From Dehalococcoidia bacterium UBA6926 (GTDB lineage Bacteria; Chloroflexota; Dehalococcoidia; UBA6926), in contig DKAM01000019.1 of assembly GCA_002450835.1 (NCBI GenBank), forward strand, positions 5,991 through 69,990: a DNA stretch of 64,000 nt. Reading direction: 5' to 3'. Below, in pieces: positions 9,580-20,123 of this stretch. The translations under genes and the position numbers were made by a program. Numbering within the stretch: the stretch's first letter is position 1; each line of letters opens with the position of its first letter. The notes below the pieces were generated by a model. It was not told the origin of the DNA and searched no databases. It saw only the letters and a program-made list of their open reading frames with translations.

Positions 9580-10095
9580 ATGAATAATGCGTGGGTAGCG
9601 CTTTCATTGGGAACTAATTTGGGGCCCAGAGAGAGAAACTTGAAAATGGCGACTGACGAACTCAAAAATTTGCTAGAGAATGTCCGGTGTTCTCCTGTGT
9701 ATGAAACTGTTCCAGTTGGGTACGCTGACCAACCTTTGTTTTTGAATGCTGCCCTTGTTGGATATACGAAGTGGTCTGCCGATGAGATATTAGATCGAAT
9801 TTTGGATATTGAGTTAAAAGGAGGTCGGACGAGAAGTATCGTCAATGGGCCTCGCACTATAGACATAGATTTACTTTTGTATGGGTATGAAATGAGGGGG
9901 CTTTTTGTTTCGCAAAGTTCGAGACTAACTGTACCTCATGCACGGTTGCATGAAAGAGCTTTTGTCCTGCAACCTTTGAATGAATTGATACCTGAACAAA
10001 TCCATCCAGTATTAAATCAAACTATTGGAGAATTGGCTGAAAGAGTTGGATCCAAGGGAGTAGTTCAGGTTAGCGATATTTTAAATGCTAAATAG
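9580..10095 (+). CDS. folK: 2-amino-4-hydroxy-6-hydroxymethyldihydropteridine pyrophosphokinase
   Basis: ALSLGTNLG ... PRTIDIDLLLYG HPPK motifs. AAGAGGTGA Shine-Dalgarno sequence 7 nt upstream. Confidence 0.85.
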   Translation: MNNAWVALSLGTNLGPRERNLKMATDELKNLLENVRCSPVYETVPVGYADQPLFLNAALVGYTKWSADEILDRILDIELKGGRTRSIVNGPRTIDIDLLLYGYEMRGLFVSQSSRLTVPHARLHERAFVLQPLNELIPEQIHPVLNQTIGELAERVGSKGVVQVSDILNAK

Positions 10096-10102
10096 GGTAA
10101 GT

Positions 10103-10825
10103 TCATTTATTTCCATCCAATAAATGGATCCAACTAGAAAACACCGATTTTCCAACCTGATTGCTTTCATTTAAATATTGGTGAGTTAATTCCAGCAACT
10201 TGGTACTTGAAATTCCTGCATCCAATAAATCTTGCTTAAATGTGTTCGCCATTTCTTCTATCTGAGTTAAATCTGCTTCTAAATGAAAAACTAATCCCCA
10301 CACATTTGTTCTCCAAATAAATCCTTCTACTTTCGTATTTTTCGATGATGCAATTTGGGATGCTTGAGGAGGTAATTCAAATATATCTTTGTGCCAATGC
10401 AAAGGTTGGATAGTGATTTTAATATCAGCTTGATTTATGTAATTATTTACGAACAGTTGTGACAGTTCTACTGGCTCCCACCCTATGCGCATTTTTGGTC
10501 CGGAACTAACCTTTGAGCCCAAAATTTCCGCCAGAAGTTGGCTGCCCAGGCAGATTCCTAGAATGGGTATATTCTCATCTATTGCTTTCTTTATAAAGTC
10601 TTTTTCTTTAGAGAGATATGGAAATTCCTTTTCCTGGTATGCACTTTGGGGGCCTCCAAGTATAATTAATCCAGAAAACATGTTTACGTCTAGTGGTAAA
10701 TCTTCTCCGTAGAACGGTTTTATGTAAGAATAATCAATACCGTAGTTTAAAAGTTGAACGCCTATGATACCAAGAGATTCTTTATCAGTGTGTTGGATCA
10801 CCAATACTTTTTTTGATTCTTTCAC
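10103..10825 (-). CDS. Class I glutamine amidotransferase-like protein (GuaA-N/COG0518-like)
   Basis: ILGICLGSQLLAEILG nucleophile-elbow Cys. Catalytic His region near the C-terminus. Confidence 0.7.
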   Translation of the reverse strand: MKESKKVLVIQHTDKESLGIIGVQLLNYGIDYSYIKPFYGEDLPLDVNMFSGLIILGGPQSAYQEKEFPYLSKEKDFIKKAIDENIPILGICLGSQLLAEILGSKVSSGPKMRIGWEPVELSQLFVNNYINQADIKITIQPLHWHKDIFELPPQASQIASSKNTKVEGFIWRTNVWGLVFHLEADLTQIEEMANTFKQDLLDAGISSTKLLELTHQYLNESNQVGKSVFSSWIHLLDGNK

Positions 10826-10870
10826 CCGGCCTCCGAAACATGATCAAATACTTTGGGAAATAAATATATA

Positions 10871-12715
10871 ATGAATGACCATAATAATGGAACCGACCTA
10901 ATAAGAAATTTCTCTATCATCGCTCATATTGATCATGGAAAATCTACTCTTGCGGATAGGCTTATGGAAAGCACGAGCACTATCGATCAGAGATCGATGC
11001 AAGATCAACTCTTGGATCAGTTAGAACTAGAAAGAGAGAGAGGAATTACAATCAAAGCTCAGGCTGTAAAGATGATGTATACAGCTAGGAACGGTTTAAC
11101 ATATCAATTTAACCTTATTGATACTCCAGGACACGTAGATTTTAGCTATGAAGTATCTCGCAGTTTGGCTGCTTGTGAGGGAGCTATTCTGGTGGTTGAT
11201 GCATCTCAAGGAATCCAAGCTCAAACGTTAGCGAATACTTTTCTTGCAAATGAGTTAGGGCTAAATATAGTTCCGGTGATCAACAAAGTAGATCTTCCAA
11301 GTGCGAGACCCGTGGAAGTTACAGAAGAACTAGGTGAAACCCTAGCGATACCTTCGGAAGAAGTATTGTTGGCATCTGCTAAAGAAGGGATTGGCATTGA
11401 TGATATTTTGGAATCTATAATTGATAAAGTGAATCCCCCTAATCAAAATGAGAGTAGACCACTCAGGGCTTTAGTGTTTGATTCAAAATATGACCAATAT
11501 AAGGGCGTTATAGCGTACGTGAGAGTATTTGATGGCTCAATTCCGGATTCCACTGATTTGAGATTAATGTCTAATGACAAGTTAATCCAACCCCTTGAAA
11601 TTGGTGTATTTTCTCCGTGGCTGCTTCCGGTAGACGAAGGTTTATCTTGTGGCGAGGTTGGATATATCGCAACTGGCTTAAAAGATGTAAGGGAATGCAG
11701 AGTGGGAGACACAATTACTCTTATGGAGGACGGAGCATCTGATGCTCTACCAGGGTATCGGCCTTTGCAATCAATGATTTTCGCCGGTCTTTTCCCGTCA
11801 GAAGGATCAAGATACGATGATTTAAGAGATGCTCTAGAGAAATTGCAGCTTAATGACGCAGCATTATCTTACGAGCCAGAAAACAGTTCTGCACTAGGTT
11901 TTGGTTTCCGTTGTGGGTTTCTGGGTCTATTACATATGGATATTGTGAGAGAACGTCTTGAACGAGAATATGATATTGAAATAATTGTAACCGCACCCAG
12001 TGTAGGTTATGAGATTGAAAAAACTGATGGAAGCTTTGATATTATTCATAACCCAGCTGATTTCCCAAGTTCTAACTTGATCCAATCTGCGAGAGAGCCT
12101 TGGATAAAAGCAACGATTATAACTCCTAATGCTATGGTCGGACCGGTAATGGAACTAATGTCTGAACGTAGGGCAGTTTATAAGACAATGGAATATATAC
12201 AAACCTCATCAAGTGGGGATCAAAACCAGGCTAGGGTACTGCTTCAATACGAGATGCCATTATCAGAAATGCTGATCGATTTTTTCAACCAGCTTAAATC
12301 CCGAACTCAGGGTTACGCTTCTCTTGATTATGAATTTATCGAAAATCGAGAATCTGATTTGGTGAAGTTACAGATATTAGTTAATGAAGAGCCAGTAGAT
12401 TCATTAAGCCTCATATGCCATAAGGATAACTCTTATTATAGGGGTAAGGCTCTAGTGACACGATTGAAAGAGACGATACCCCGCCAGATGTTTGATATAC
12501 CGATACAGGCTGCTATAGGTGGGAAAATTATCTCCAGAGAAACGGTACGTGCGATAAGAAAGAATGTTCTTGCAAAATGCTATGGTGGGGACGTTACGAG
12601 GAAACGGAAATTGCTAGAAAAGCAAGCAGAAGGTAAAAAGAGGATGCGAAGAGTTGGGCGTGTAGAAGTACCTCAAGAGGCATTTTTATCATTGCTTCAA
12701 TTAGATGAGGACTGA
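10871..12715 (+). CDS. lepA: Translation elongation factor 4
   Basis: [22 protein letters not shown]1 motif, [13 protein letters not shown]. Conserved LepA C-terminal domain. The ORF track starts at TTG 10853; the ATG at 10871 is preferred. Confidence 0.9.
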   Translation: MNDHNNGTDLIRNFSIIAHIDHGKSTLADRLMESTSTIDQRSMQDQLLDQLELERERGITIKAQAVKMMYTARNGLTYQFNLIDTPGHVDFSYEVSRSLAACEGAILVVDASQGIQAQTLANTFLANELGLNIVPVINKVDLPSARPVEVTEELGETLAIPSEEVLLASAKEGIGIDDILESIIDKVNPPNQNESRPLRALVFDSKYDQYKGVIAYVRVFDGSIPDSTDLRLMSNDKLIQPLEIGVFSPWLLPVDEGLSCGEVGYIATGLKDVRECRVGDTITLMEDGASDALPGYRPLQSMIFAGLFPSEGSRYDDLRDALEKLQLNDAALSYEPENSSALGFGFRCGFLGLLHMDIVRERLEREYDIEIIVTAPSVGYEIEKTDGSFDIIHNPADFPSSNLIQSAREPWIKATIITPNAMVGPVMELMSERRAVYKTMEYIQTSSSGDQNQARVLLQYEMPLSEMLIDFFNQLKSRTQGYASLDYEFIENRESDLVKLQILVNEEPVDSLSLICHKDNSYYRGKALVTRLKETIPRQMFDIPIQAAIGGKIISRETVRAIRKNVLAKCYGGDVTRKRKLLEKQAEGKKRMRRVGRVEVPQEAFLSLLQLDED

Positions 12716-12719
12716 GCAC

Positions 12720-13088
12720 ATGATTACTGACCTAATAGGTATAATTATTTGGTCTGAAAGACCTGCTGAGTTGGCTGATTTCTACTCTAGTAAAATAGGA
12801 CTAGCCCCCGTTAGTACACATGGAGACTTCACAGCATTTGAGCCTCACCCAGGGTTTAGATTTAGCATTGGAGGCGCTCATCCAGATGTAAAGGGCATAA
12901 ACAAAGATAGCAAAAGATTTATGCTGAATTTTTTGACAGATGATATATTTGCCGACTACAAAAGACTAACGGAAGAAGGTGTTTCTTTTATCCGTTCTCC
13001 AGAAAAAGAATCTTGGGGTGGCTGGGTGGCAACTTTCTTGGATATAGATGGTAATACTTTGCAATTAATGCAGATGGAACCTAGATAG
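12720..13088 (+). CDS. VOC (glyoxalase/bleomycin-resistance) family protein
   Basis: Size and beta-alpha-beta-beta-beta module pattern. ATG placed just after the lepA stop, with a GAGGA Shine-Dalgarno sequence 8 nt upstream. Confidence 0.55.
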   Translation: MITDLIGIIIWSERPAELADFYSSKIGLAPVSTHGDFTAFEPHPGFRFSIGGAHPDVKGINKDSKRFMLNFLTDDIFADYKRLTEEGVSFIRSPEKESWGGWVATFLDIDGNTLQLMQMEPR

Positions 13089-13124
13089 GTTTGAATATAA
13101 AGACTTGGGTAATTATTTGTTAGA

Positions 13125-13142
13125 TTACCATGAAAATGGTAA
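13125..13142 (+). other. Perfect 7-bp inverted repeat hairpin TTACCAT-gaaa-ATGGTAA followed by CGTTTT
   Basis: Seen directly in the lepA/VOC - ilvD intergenic region. The stem is AT-rich, so a weak terminator or protein-binding palindrome. Confidence 0.25.
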
Positions 13143-13176
13143 CGTTTTAGTAGATTAATTGGGAGGTTGGCAAGCA

Positions 13177-14865
13177 ATGGAATCAGATTATTTAAAGAAT
13201 AAACCTCGATCTTGGCAAGTTACTGAAGGAGTCGAACGTGCTCCTCACAGATCTATGTTTTATGCCATGGGATTTACCCCTGAAGACCTAAAAAAGCCTT
13301 TGATAGGTGTCGCTTCAACTGCTAATGAAGTGACTCCATGTAATTTGGCGTTAGGACGTCTTGCGCAGCATGTAAAAGAAGGCATCAGAGCCGCCGGAGG
13401 AACGCCGATAGAATTTACAGCTATAGCAGTATCAGATGCGATTTCTATGGGTCATGAAGGGATGAAAGCATCCCTAGTAAGTAGAGAAGTTATAGCTGAT
13501 TCCTTTGAGCTAGTCGCGATGGCTGAAGCATTGGATGGAATGGTCACATTAGCTGGCTGTGATAAGAGTTTACCGGGTTCCGTAATGGCTATGGCCCGAA
13601 CCAATATACCGTCGGTGTTTCTTTATGGCGGAACCATTATGCCCGGTCAGCATCAAGGTAAAGATGTCACTATCGTGGATGTTTTTGAAGCTGTTGGGGC
13701 CCATGCGGCAGGTACTATACCATTAACTTTGGTGCAAGAATTAGAGGAATGTGCTTGCCCCGGGGAAGGTTCTTGTGGTGGTATGTTTACGGCAAACACG
13801 ATGTCTTCAGTCTTTGAATCGATGGGACTATCGCTTCCAGGTAATTCTTCGATACCAGCGATTGATCCAAGGCGCGAAGAACTAGCTTTTCAGAGTGGGG
13901 AAGCTGTTGTTCAGCTAGTTAAAGATGATCTAAAACCTAGTGATTTGATAACAAGAGAATCCATAGAGAATGGTATTACTACTGCTATGACTATGGGTGG
14001 CTCAACTAATGTTGTACTACATCTTCTTGCTATCGCTCATGAACTAGGGATACCACTGGATATGGAAGATTTTCAGGTTATCAGTGATCGTACCCCTCTA
14101 ATAGCAGACATGAAACCGGGTGGAGAGTATGTAATGGCTGATTTAGATAAGCTAGGTGGTATCAGTTTTGTACTCGATAGGTTGATTGAGTCTGGCTATG
14201 TGGACGGTAATTTGCCGACGGTAACTGGGGATTCAATATCAGGTAATCTTAGCCGAATTGATACCAATATGAACCAGGAAAAGAAAATTATATACGACCT
14301 TGGGGATCCAATAGAAAAAACGGGCGGCATTGTGATTTTGTCAGGGAATCTAGCGCGAGAAGGAGCTGTGATTAAAACAGCAGGGACATCGATAAAAAAA
14401 CATGTTGGCCCAGCTAAGGTATTTGATCGGGAAGAGGATGCTTTTTTGGCCGTTCAAAATCAAGAAATTGTTGCAGGTGATGTTGTTGTGATTCGCTACG
14501 AAGGTCCTAAAGGTGGTCCAGGTATGAGAGAAATGCTTGGAGTTACAGCAGCTATAACAGGGCAAGGTTTAGGAGAGAAAGTAGCTTTATTGACTGACGG
14601 GCGCTTTTCAGGAGGTACTCATGGAATAGCAGTAGGCCACGTTGCACCGGAAGCTATGGTTGGAGGAACATTAGCAATTATTGAGGATGGAGATGTGATT
14701 TCCTTAGATATAAATAACCGTAAAATCGAAGTAGCTCTTACAGAAGGCGAAATACAGAATCGCCTAGATAATTGGGTAGCACCTGACCCCAAACACGCAA
14801 CTGGAGCTCTGGCTAAATATGCTAAATTGGTCTCGTCAGCTTCTTTAGGAGCTGTAACACAGTGA
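13177..14865 (+). CDS. ilvD: Dihydroxy-acid dehydratase
   Basis: [32 protein letters not shown] (Fe-S ligands), [14 protein letters not shown] Shine-Dalgarno sequence 10 nt upstream of the ATG. Confidence 0.9.
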   Translation: MESDYLKNKPRSWQVTEGVERAPHRSMFYAMGFTPEDLKKPLIGVASTANEVTPCNLALGRLAQHVKEGIRAAGGTPIEFTAIAVSDAISMGHEGMKASLVSREVIADSFELVAMAEALDGMVTLAGCDKSLPGSVMAMARTNIPSVFLYGGTIMPGQHQGKDVTIVDVFEAVGAHAAGTIPLTLVQELEECACPGEGSCGGMFTANTMSSVFESMGLSLPGNSSIPAIDPRREELAFQSGEAVVQLVKDDLKPSDLITRESIENGITTAMTMGGSTNVVLHLLAIAHELGIPLDMEDFQVISDRTPLIADMKPGGEYVMADLDKLGGISFVLDRLIESGYVDGNLPTVTGDSISGNLSRIDTNMNQEKKIIYDLGDPIEKTGGIVILSGNLAREGAVIKTAGTSIKKHVGPAKVFDREEDAFLAVQNQEIVAGDVVVIRYEGPKGGPGMREMLGVTAAITGQGLGEKVALLTDGRFSGGTHGIAVGHVAPEAMVGGTLAIIEDGDVISLDINNRKIEVALTEGEIQNRLDNWVAPDPKHATGALAKYAKLVSSASLGAVTQ

Positions 14866-15185
14866 GCTCAAAACAAAACGAATCGCCTCCTCAAATTAAA
14901 CATCTCAGGCTTGAACCTGACGGTATACATGTGGTTTGGTCAGACGGGAGAGGAAGTGCATTTCCCTACCGATTCTTACGTGGTAATTGTCCCTGTGCAA
15001 TTTGCGTATTAGAGGGAACGAATCAAAGAGTAGTATTTGAGAAAGACGTGCCGGAGGATGTAGTCGCTATAGACTGGATGAATATTGGGCGTTATGCTGT
15101 TCAATTCTTATGGTCCGATGCTCACGAAACAGGGATTTACCCTTTTAGATATCTTCGAGAATTGGAATCGGTTCTGGGTGGATAA
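14862..15185 (+). CDS. DUF971 (gamma-butyrobetaine hydroxylase-like N-terminal domain) protein with CxCxxC motif
   Basis: [34 protein letters not shown] and [12 protein letters not shown] match the DUF971 pattern. GTG start overlaps the ilvD stop by 4 nt. Confidence 0.6.
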   Translation: MSSKQNESPPQIKHLRLEPDGIHVVWSDGRGSAFPYRFLRGNCPCAICVLEGTNQRVVFEKDVPEDVVAIDWMNIGRYAVQFLWSDAHETGIYPFRYLRELESVLGG

Positions 15186-15205
15186 TTAATAGCCAATTTA
15201 ATTGA

Positions 15206-17614
15206 CTACTTGATTGCACCTAGTTTTGTGAAGTCCTCGATTTCTTTTTGTGATAACCCCAGTATTGTTCGAAATACATAATCGTTATCATCACCGATTA
15301 AGGGCGTTCTACCATTAGCCCATGATGCAGATATTGATGGTATTCCAGGTAACCCTTGATGTGATAACTTGCCCCATGGAGCCTGGTCGTTATCGACTAC
15401 ATGGGCTCTGGATCTCATTTGTTGGTTGTTCAGCAGGTGTTCGCCTTTTAGCATAACTCCTGCAGGCACTCCTAAAGATTGAAGCAGATGCATCAATGGA
15501 TGAGGGTAATGAGAAGAAGACCAATTAGCGATATTTGAATCTAGCTCCTTTCTATTAGCTCTCCTATTGCTAATAGAGTTAAATTTTTTATCACTAACCC
15601 ACTTTGGTTCGCCCAGCGCAGTTTTCAATCCTTGCCACTCTTCTTCGGTTTCCACAGCTATGATTACCCATTCATCTTCTCCAAGACAAGGGTACGCACC
15701 ATAGGGAGAATACTGCTGACCAAGTATTTCGTTATACCCTTGTGCATCCCATTCTTTTGTATTTACTGTGCTATCTAATATAGAAGGTCCCATAAGTGCG
15801 CCTTGAGCCTCCAGTTGTGCTAATTCAATGAATTGTCCTTCTCCTGTTAAGTCGCGGAACTCTATGGCGGCCAGTGAGGATAGTGCGACAAGGGCTGCTC
15901 CTAAATAATCTGGTATGACTATTTTACCGTGTGATTCCATAGGTGATTCTTCGTGGCCCCACATATGTATCATTCCGGTGTATGCGAGTAGCTGCGTTCC
16001 CCATGTGACCCAGTCCGTAAGTGGTCCATCGAGCCCCATACCTGGTGCAGTTATTTGTATTAATCCAGGGTTAATGGCTCTTGTTTTGTCCCTCCCAAAT
16101 CCTAACCGATCAATAACTCTAGGAGAAAAATTATCGATGAAAATATCGCTCTGTTTTAGTAGTGCTTCCAATAATAGTTTTCCATCACTATTTCTCAAAT
16201 CGAATGTCGCGCTCAGCTTATTTCGATTCATATCTGGGTAAAGGACACCTTCTCTAGTTGCGACTAGTAATTCAGATTCAAGTTTTATTACCTCGGCTCC
16301 ATAAAACCCCATAAACATAGTACCTATTGGACCTGCAAAAAATCTCGAGAGATCGGCTACGCGGATACCCTTTAACATCGGGCTATCTTTTGTTTCTAAT
16401 TTTTCTTTGGGGGCTGCATTTGTCTTCTTTCTCGATCCTGTACTTAATTCATCTAGGATTTCATCCTGATGTTGTCCTAGAGTTGGAGAAGACCGCCAAA
16501 CTTTCATCGGGGTTTTTTCCATTTTAAAGGGAAATCCCGGAGCCTCATATTCACCTATAATGGGATGATCGATTTTTTGGACCCATTTCCTCTGTTTTAA
16601 GTGATTGCTTTGCATAAAATCCCCAGGTGTGTTCACTGGGGCGCAAGGGAGACCTCGCTTCTGACATTCATTTACAAAATCTTCGGACGTAAATTGGGCG
16701 ACGAAATCTTGCATGGCCATACTAATTACATCCGCGTTTTCTTCGCGGTAGTCCGGGTTATCCCATTCAACCCCTGATAACAGTGGATCTTCCATCCATT
16801 CCCTTGTAATTTTATGCCAATGAGGAAGAATAAAAATTGACATATATATATATTTTCCATCTTTACAGCGAAAAATATTGGAAGCGCCTGCTTGCCCTTT
16901 TACCCCATGGCGCTTTAGTACTTCATTTCTTCCGGAGTACCGTGCAATAGCGCTCATAGCCATGTAGGAGATACTTTCTGTTAACGCTTGATCAATTTTT
17001 TGGCCTTGTCCTGAGCGCCTGGCATGACGTATGCCAGCAAGTGTCAAATATGATGAGTGTACTCCAGCTAATTGATAGGTTATATGATTCGGAGTTACTA
17101 CAGGGGGCATCAGATCATCGCCGTGAACTGACATAAACCCGGATAGTGCCTCCACAATCGCGTGGGACCCTTTATAGGCTGCGTAAGGGCCAGTTTCTCC
17201 GAATGGTGTTATGGATGTTGTAACTAAGCGTTTATTTCTTCCTAAAAGGATTTCTTGGCCTAAGCCAAGTTCTTCTAGATACCCTGGATTATTTGATTCA
17301 ATAAGAGCATCTGCAGTTTCTATAAGCTGCAAAAATGTTTCCTTATCTTTAGGCGAGCCCACTATATCGAGGGCAATAGATCTCTTGTTTAGATTTGCAT
17401 TGATAAAACTTAGGCTTCGCTCAGGGTCTTCTATATTATTGGCAAAAGGTGGCAGTAATCTATTGGGGTCTCCTTTAAGCGGTTCAATTTTAATGATATC
17501 TGCGCCTAAATCGCCGAGCCATCGGGTTGCATAGGATGAAGGGATGCCGCCATATTCTAAGATCCGTAAGTGACCCAGCGATGCCCTATCAGGTGTATGT
17601 ATATTTTCTGGCAT
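15206..17614 (-). CDS. Fused tandem di-domain family III CoA-transferase (CaiB/BaiF family), paralog 1
   Basis: 802 aa. Residues ~1-400 and ~410-802 each contain a complete CaiB-like domain (HLRILEYGGIPSSYATRWLGDLGADIIKIE and GIRVADLSRFFAGPIGTMFMGFYGAEVIKLE Rossmann N-termini). ~70% identical to the adjacent paralog. Confidence 0.8.
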   Translation of the reverse strand: MPENIHTPDRASLGHLRILEYGGIPSSYATRWLGDLGADIIKIEPLKGDPNRLLPPFANNIEDPERSLSFINANLNKRSIALDIVGSPKDKETFLQLIETADALIESNNPGYLEELGLGQEILLGRNKRLVTTSITPFGETGPYAAYKGSHAIVEALSGFMSVHGDDLMPPVVTPNHITYQLAGVHSSYLTLAGIRHARRSGQGQKIDQALTESISYMAMSAIARYSGRNEVLKRHGVKGQAGASNIFRCKDGKYIYMSIFILPHWHKITREWMEDPLLSGVEWDNPDYREENADVISMAMQDFVAQFTSEDFVNECQKRGLPCAPVNTPGDFMQSNHLKQRKWVQKIDHPIIGEYEAPGFPFKMEKTPMKVWRSSPTLGQHQDEILDELSTGSRKKTNAAPKEKLETKDSPMLKGIRVADLSRFFAGPIGTMFMGFYGAEVIKLESELLVATREGVLYPDMNRNKLSATFDLRNSDGKLLLEALLKQSDIFIDNFSPRVIDRLGFGRDKTRAINPGLIQITAPGMGLDGPLTDWVTWGTQLLAYTGMIHMWGHEESPMESHGKIVIPDYLGAALVALSSLAAIEFRDLTGEGQFIELAQLEAQGALMGPSILDSTVNTKEWDAQGYNEILGQQYSPYGAYPCLGEDEWVIIAVETEEEWQGLKTALGEPKWVSDKKFNSISNRRANRKELDSNIANWSSSHYPHPLMHLLQSLGVPAGVMLKGEHLLNNQQMRSRAHVVDNDQAPWGKLSHQGLPGIPSISASWANGRTPLIGDDNDYVFRTILGLSQKEIEDFTKLGAIK

Positions 17615-17674
17615 TTGTCACCTCCGTCTCATATATGAGTAGCTCTAGTTTGAAAAAAACAGAGCAAATACAAT

Positions 17675-20080
17675 TTAGTTGATTGCGCCTGAGTTGATAC
17701 CCTCACTTATATCTTTTTCTGTCATTCCTAGTATTTCTCCAAAAACATAATCGTTATGGTCTCCGATCCAAGGAGGTAAACCATCTGCGTGAGCTTCTGA
17801 CATTCCTGGAATAGCTGGGAGGCCTTGGTGTGATAGGTCTCCCCATGGAGGTTCATGTATATCTACAATGTGCCCTCTCTTCCTTAGATGTATATTGCTG
17901 TAAAGATCTTCTCCATTTAACACGGCACCAGCTGGCACTCCGTTATTTTGCAATATACGCATTGCTTGATACCGGGTGTATTCAGAACTCCATGCACCTA
18001 TTTGCGCATCTAAATCCTTTTGGTTTTCTTTGCGTTTCTCATGGGAAGAATACTTTTCATCATTAATCCAAGTGGGATTTCCAAGTGCATTAACTAAGCC
18101 TTCCCATTCCGATTCTTCAGATACAGCTATAACAACCCAATTATCGTCTCCTTTACATGGATATGCGCCATATGGAGCGTAGTGGTCGCCTAATATTTCT
18201 CCATAACCCAAAGCATCCCATTCATTTTGGTTAACCGTTGCATCTAATATAGAAGGCCCCATTATGGCTCCTTGCGCTTCTACCTGGGCAAGTTCAATAA
18301 ATTGACCAATTCCGGTTCGGTCGCGATATTCGATAGCCGCAATTGAGGATAAAGCAACAAGAGAAGCTCCCAAATAATCTGGTACAACCAGTTTCCCGTG
18401 AGCATCCATGGAGGATTCTTCGAAAGCCCACATGTGTGTTAGTCCTGTATATGCGACTAGCTGATTCCCCCAAGTTACCCAGTTTGTTAACGGCCCATCT
18501 AGCCCCATACCGGGTGCTGTAATTTGTATTATGCCAGGGTTAATCGTTTGAACTCGATCCCAACCAAATCCTAAACGGTCTATGACACGAGGAGAGAAAT
18601 TGTCGATTAGAACGTCACTTTTTATTAAAAGTTCATCCAATAAAGATTTTCCTTGATCATTCCTTAGGTCGAAAGTCGCGCTTAGCTTATTTCTATTCAT
18701 ATCAGGATATAAAACCTGTTCTCGGTTTGCTACCAATAGCTCGCTTTCAAGTTTTATTACCTCAGCTCCATAAAATCCCAAAAACATGGTGCCTATAGGA
18801 CCAGCAAAGAAACGCGTAAGATCAGCGACACGGATGCCACTAAGCATAGGGGCTTCTGGAGATACAAGTTCAGTATTCTGGTGAGTTTCTTTTTTTGTTT
18901 CAAGGGTTTCTAGTTCTGCAAGTATTTCTTCTTGGTGCTCGCCCAAAGTTGGAGAATGCTTCCATGCCCGCATAGGTGTTTTCTCCATTTTAAATAGGAA
19001 CCCGGGAGCTTGGTATTCACCAATTACTGGATGGTGAAGAGTTTGTATCCAATTTCTCGATTTGAGTTGTTCGCTGTTCATGAATTCTCCAGGAGTATTC
19101 ACAGGGGAACATGGTAACCCACGCTCTTGACATTGTGCGACGAAATCTGCAGCATCAAATTGTTCAATAAATGATTGTAAAAGTACATTTATAACGTCGC
19201 CATTATCTCCTCTATATTGAGCGTCATCCCATTCTTCTCCTGATAGTACAGGATCCTCCATCCATTCCCTTGTTATTTTGTGCCAGTGGGGAAGTATGTA
19301 TATCGATATATAGATATATTTCCCATCCTTACACCGAAAAATATTAGAAGCGCCTCCTTGCGGTTTCGCTCCATTTCGCTCCACAATCTCACTTCTATCG
19401 GTATATCTTGCTACAGCGCTAGAGCCCATATAGGTAATACTTTCTTGAATCGATTGGTCTATTTGTTGGCCCTTGCCAGACCTTTTACTATGGCGGATTC
19501 CTGCAAGTGTTAGATAAGCACCATGGACGCTCGCCACTTGATAAGTAATATGGTTAGGGGTAACTACCGGTGGCATAATGTCATCCCCGTGGGCACTCAT
19601 GAAACCTGCAAGTGCTTCAACGATCCCGTGAGAACCTCGGTATTTTGAGTACGGACCAATTTGTCCAAAAGGGGTTATGGAAGTGGTTACAAGATTTTCA
19701 TTGGTATTTAGTAAAACCTCTTGGGAAAGGCCCCAACCATCAAACGTTCCCGGACGGGTTGATTCAACAAGAGCATCCGCGCTAGCTATTAATTTTAGAA
19801 ACGTTTCTTTATCTTTTTCTGAACTTTCTAGGTCCAGGACTATGGATCGTTTATTTAGATTTGCATTTATAAAAGTTAGGCTCTTTTCTGGATCAGGAAC
19901 GTTTCCAGAAAAAGGTCCAAGCGTCCTTGCACTGTCACCGCCGGGTTTCTCAATCTTAATAACGTCGGCCCCTAAATCTCCTAGCCATCTAGTTGCGTAC
20001 GACGCCGGGATATCTCCATATTCTAGTATTCTAAGATGGCTCAAAGCGCCATGATTTGGCTTATCTAGTGGTGTCGTCAT
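17675..20080 (-). CDS. Fused tandem di-domain family III CoA-transferase (CaiB/BaiF family), paralog 2
   Basis: 801 aa, same architecture. Co-linear with paralog 1 over its full length (about 70% identity by eye). A 60-nt spacer separates the two genes. Confidence 0.8.
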   Translation of the reverse strand: MTTPLDKPNHGALSHLRILEYGDIPASYATRWLGDLGADVIKIEKPGGDSARTLGPFSGNVPDPEKSLTFINANLNKRSIVLDLESSEKDKETFLKLIASADALVESTRPGTFDGWGLSQEVLLNTNENLVTTSITPFGQIGPYSKYRGSHGIVEALAGFMSAHGDDIMPPVVTPNHITYQVASVHGAYLTLAGIRHSKRSGKGQQIDQSIQESITYMGSSAVARYTDRSEIVERNGAKPQGGASNIFRCKDGKYIYISIYILPHWHKITREWMEDPVLSGEEWDDAQYRGDNGDVINVLLQSFIEQFDAADFVAQCQERGLPCSPVNTPGEFMNSEQLKSRNWIQTLHHPVIGEYQAPGFLFKMEKTPMRAWKHSPTLGEHQEEILAELETLETKKETHQNTELVSPEAPMLSGIRVADLTRFFAGPIGTMFLGFYGAEVIKLESELLVANREQVLYPDMNRNKLSATFDLRNDQGKSLLDELLIKSDVLIDNFSPRVIDRLGFGWDRVQTINPGIIQITAPGMGLDGPLTNWVTWGNQLVAYTGLTHMWAFEESSMDAHGKLVVPDYLGASLVALSSIAAIEYRDRTGIGQFIELAQVEAQGAIMGPSILDATVNQNEWDALGYGEILGDHYAPYGAYPCKGDDNWVVIAVSEESEWEGLVNALGNPTWINDEKYSSHEKRKENQKDLDAQIGAWSSEYTRYQAMRILQNNGVPAGAVLNGEDLYSNIHLRKRGHIVDIHEPPWGDLSHQGLPAIPGMSEAHADGLPPWIGDHNDYVFGEILGMTEKDISEGINSGAIN

Positions 20081-20123
20081 TTCTCCCCCAAATGCTACTT
20101 GTATCCTGCTATAAAAATATCAA

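Noticed and set aside
17211-17534. 107-aa antisense ORF inside CaiB paralog 1, with a similar 125-aa antisense ORF (19677-20054) inside paralog 2
   Set aside because: The two antisense ORFs resemble each other only because the sense strands are duplicated, conserved CaiB N-terminal domains. Both are fully contained within strong sense-strand CDSs and have no start signals. They are treated as duplication shadows, not genes.
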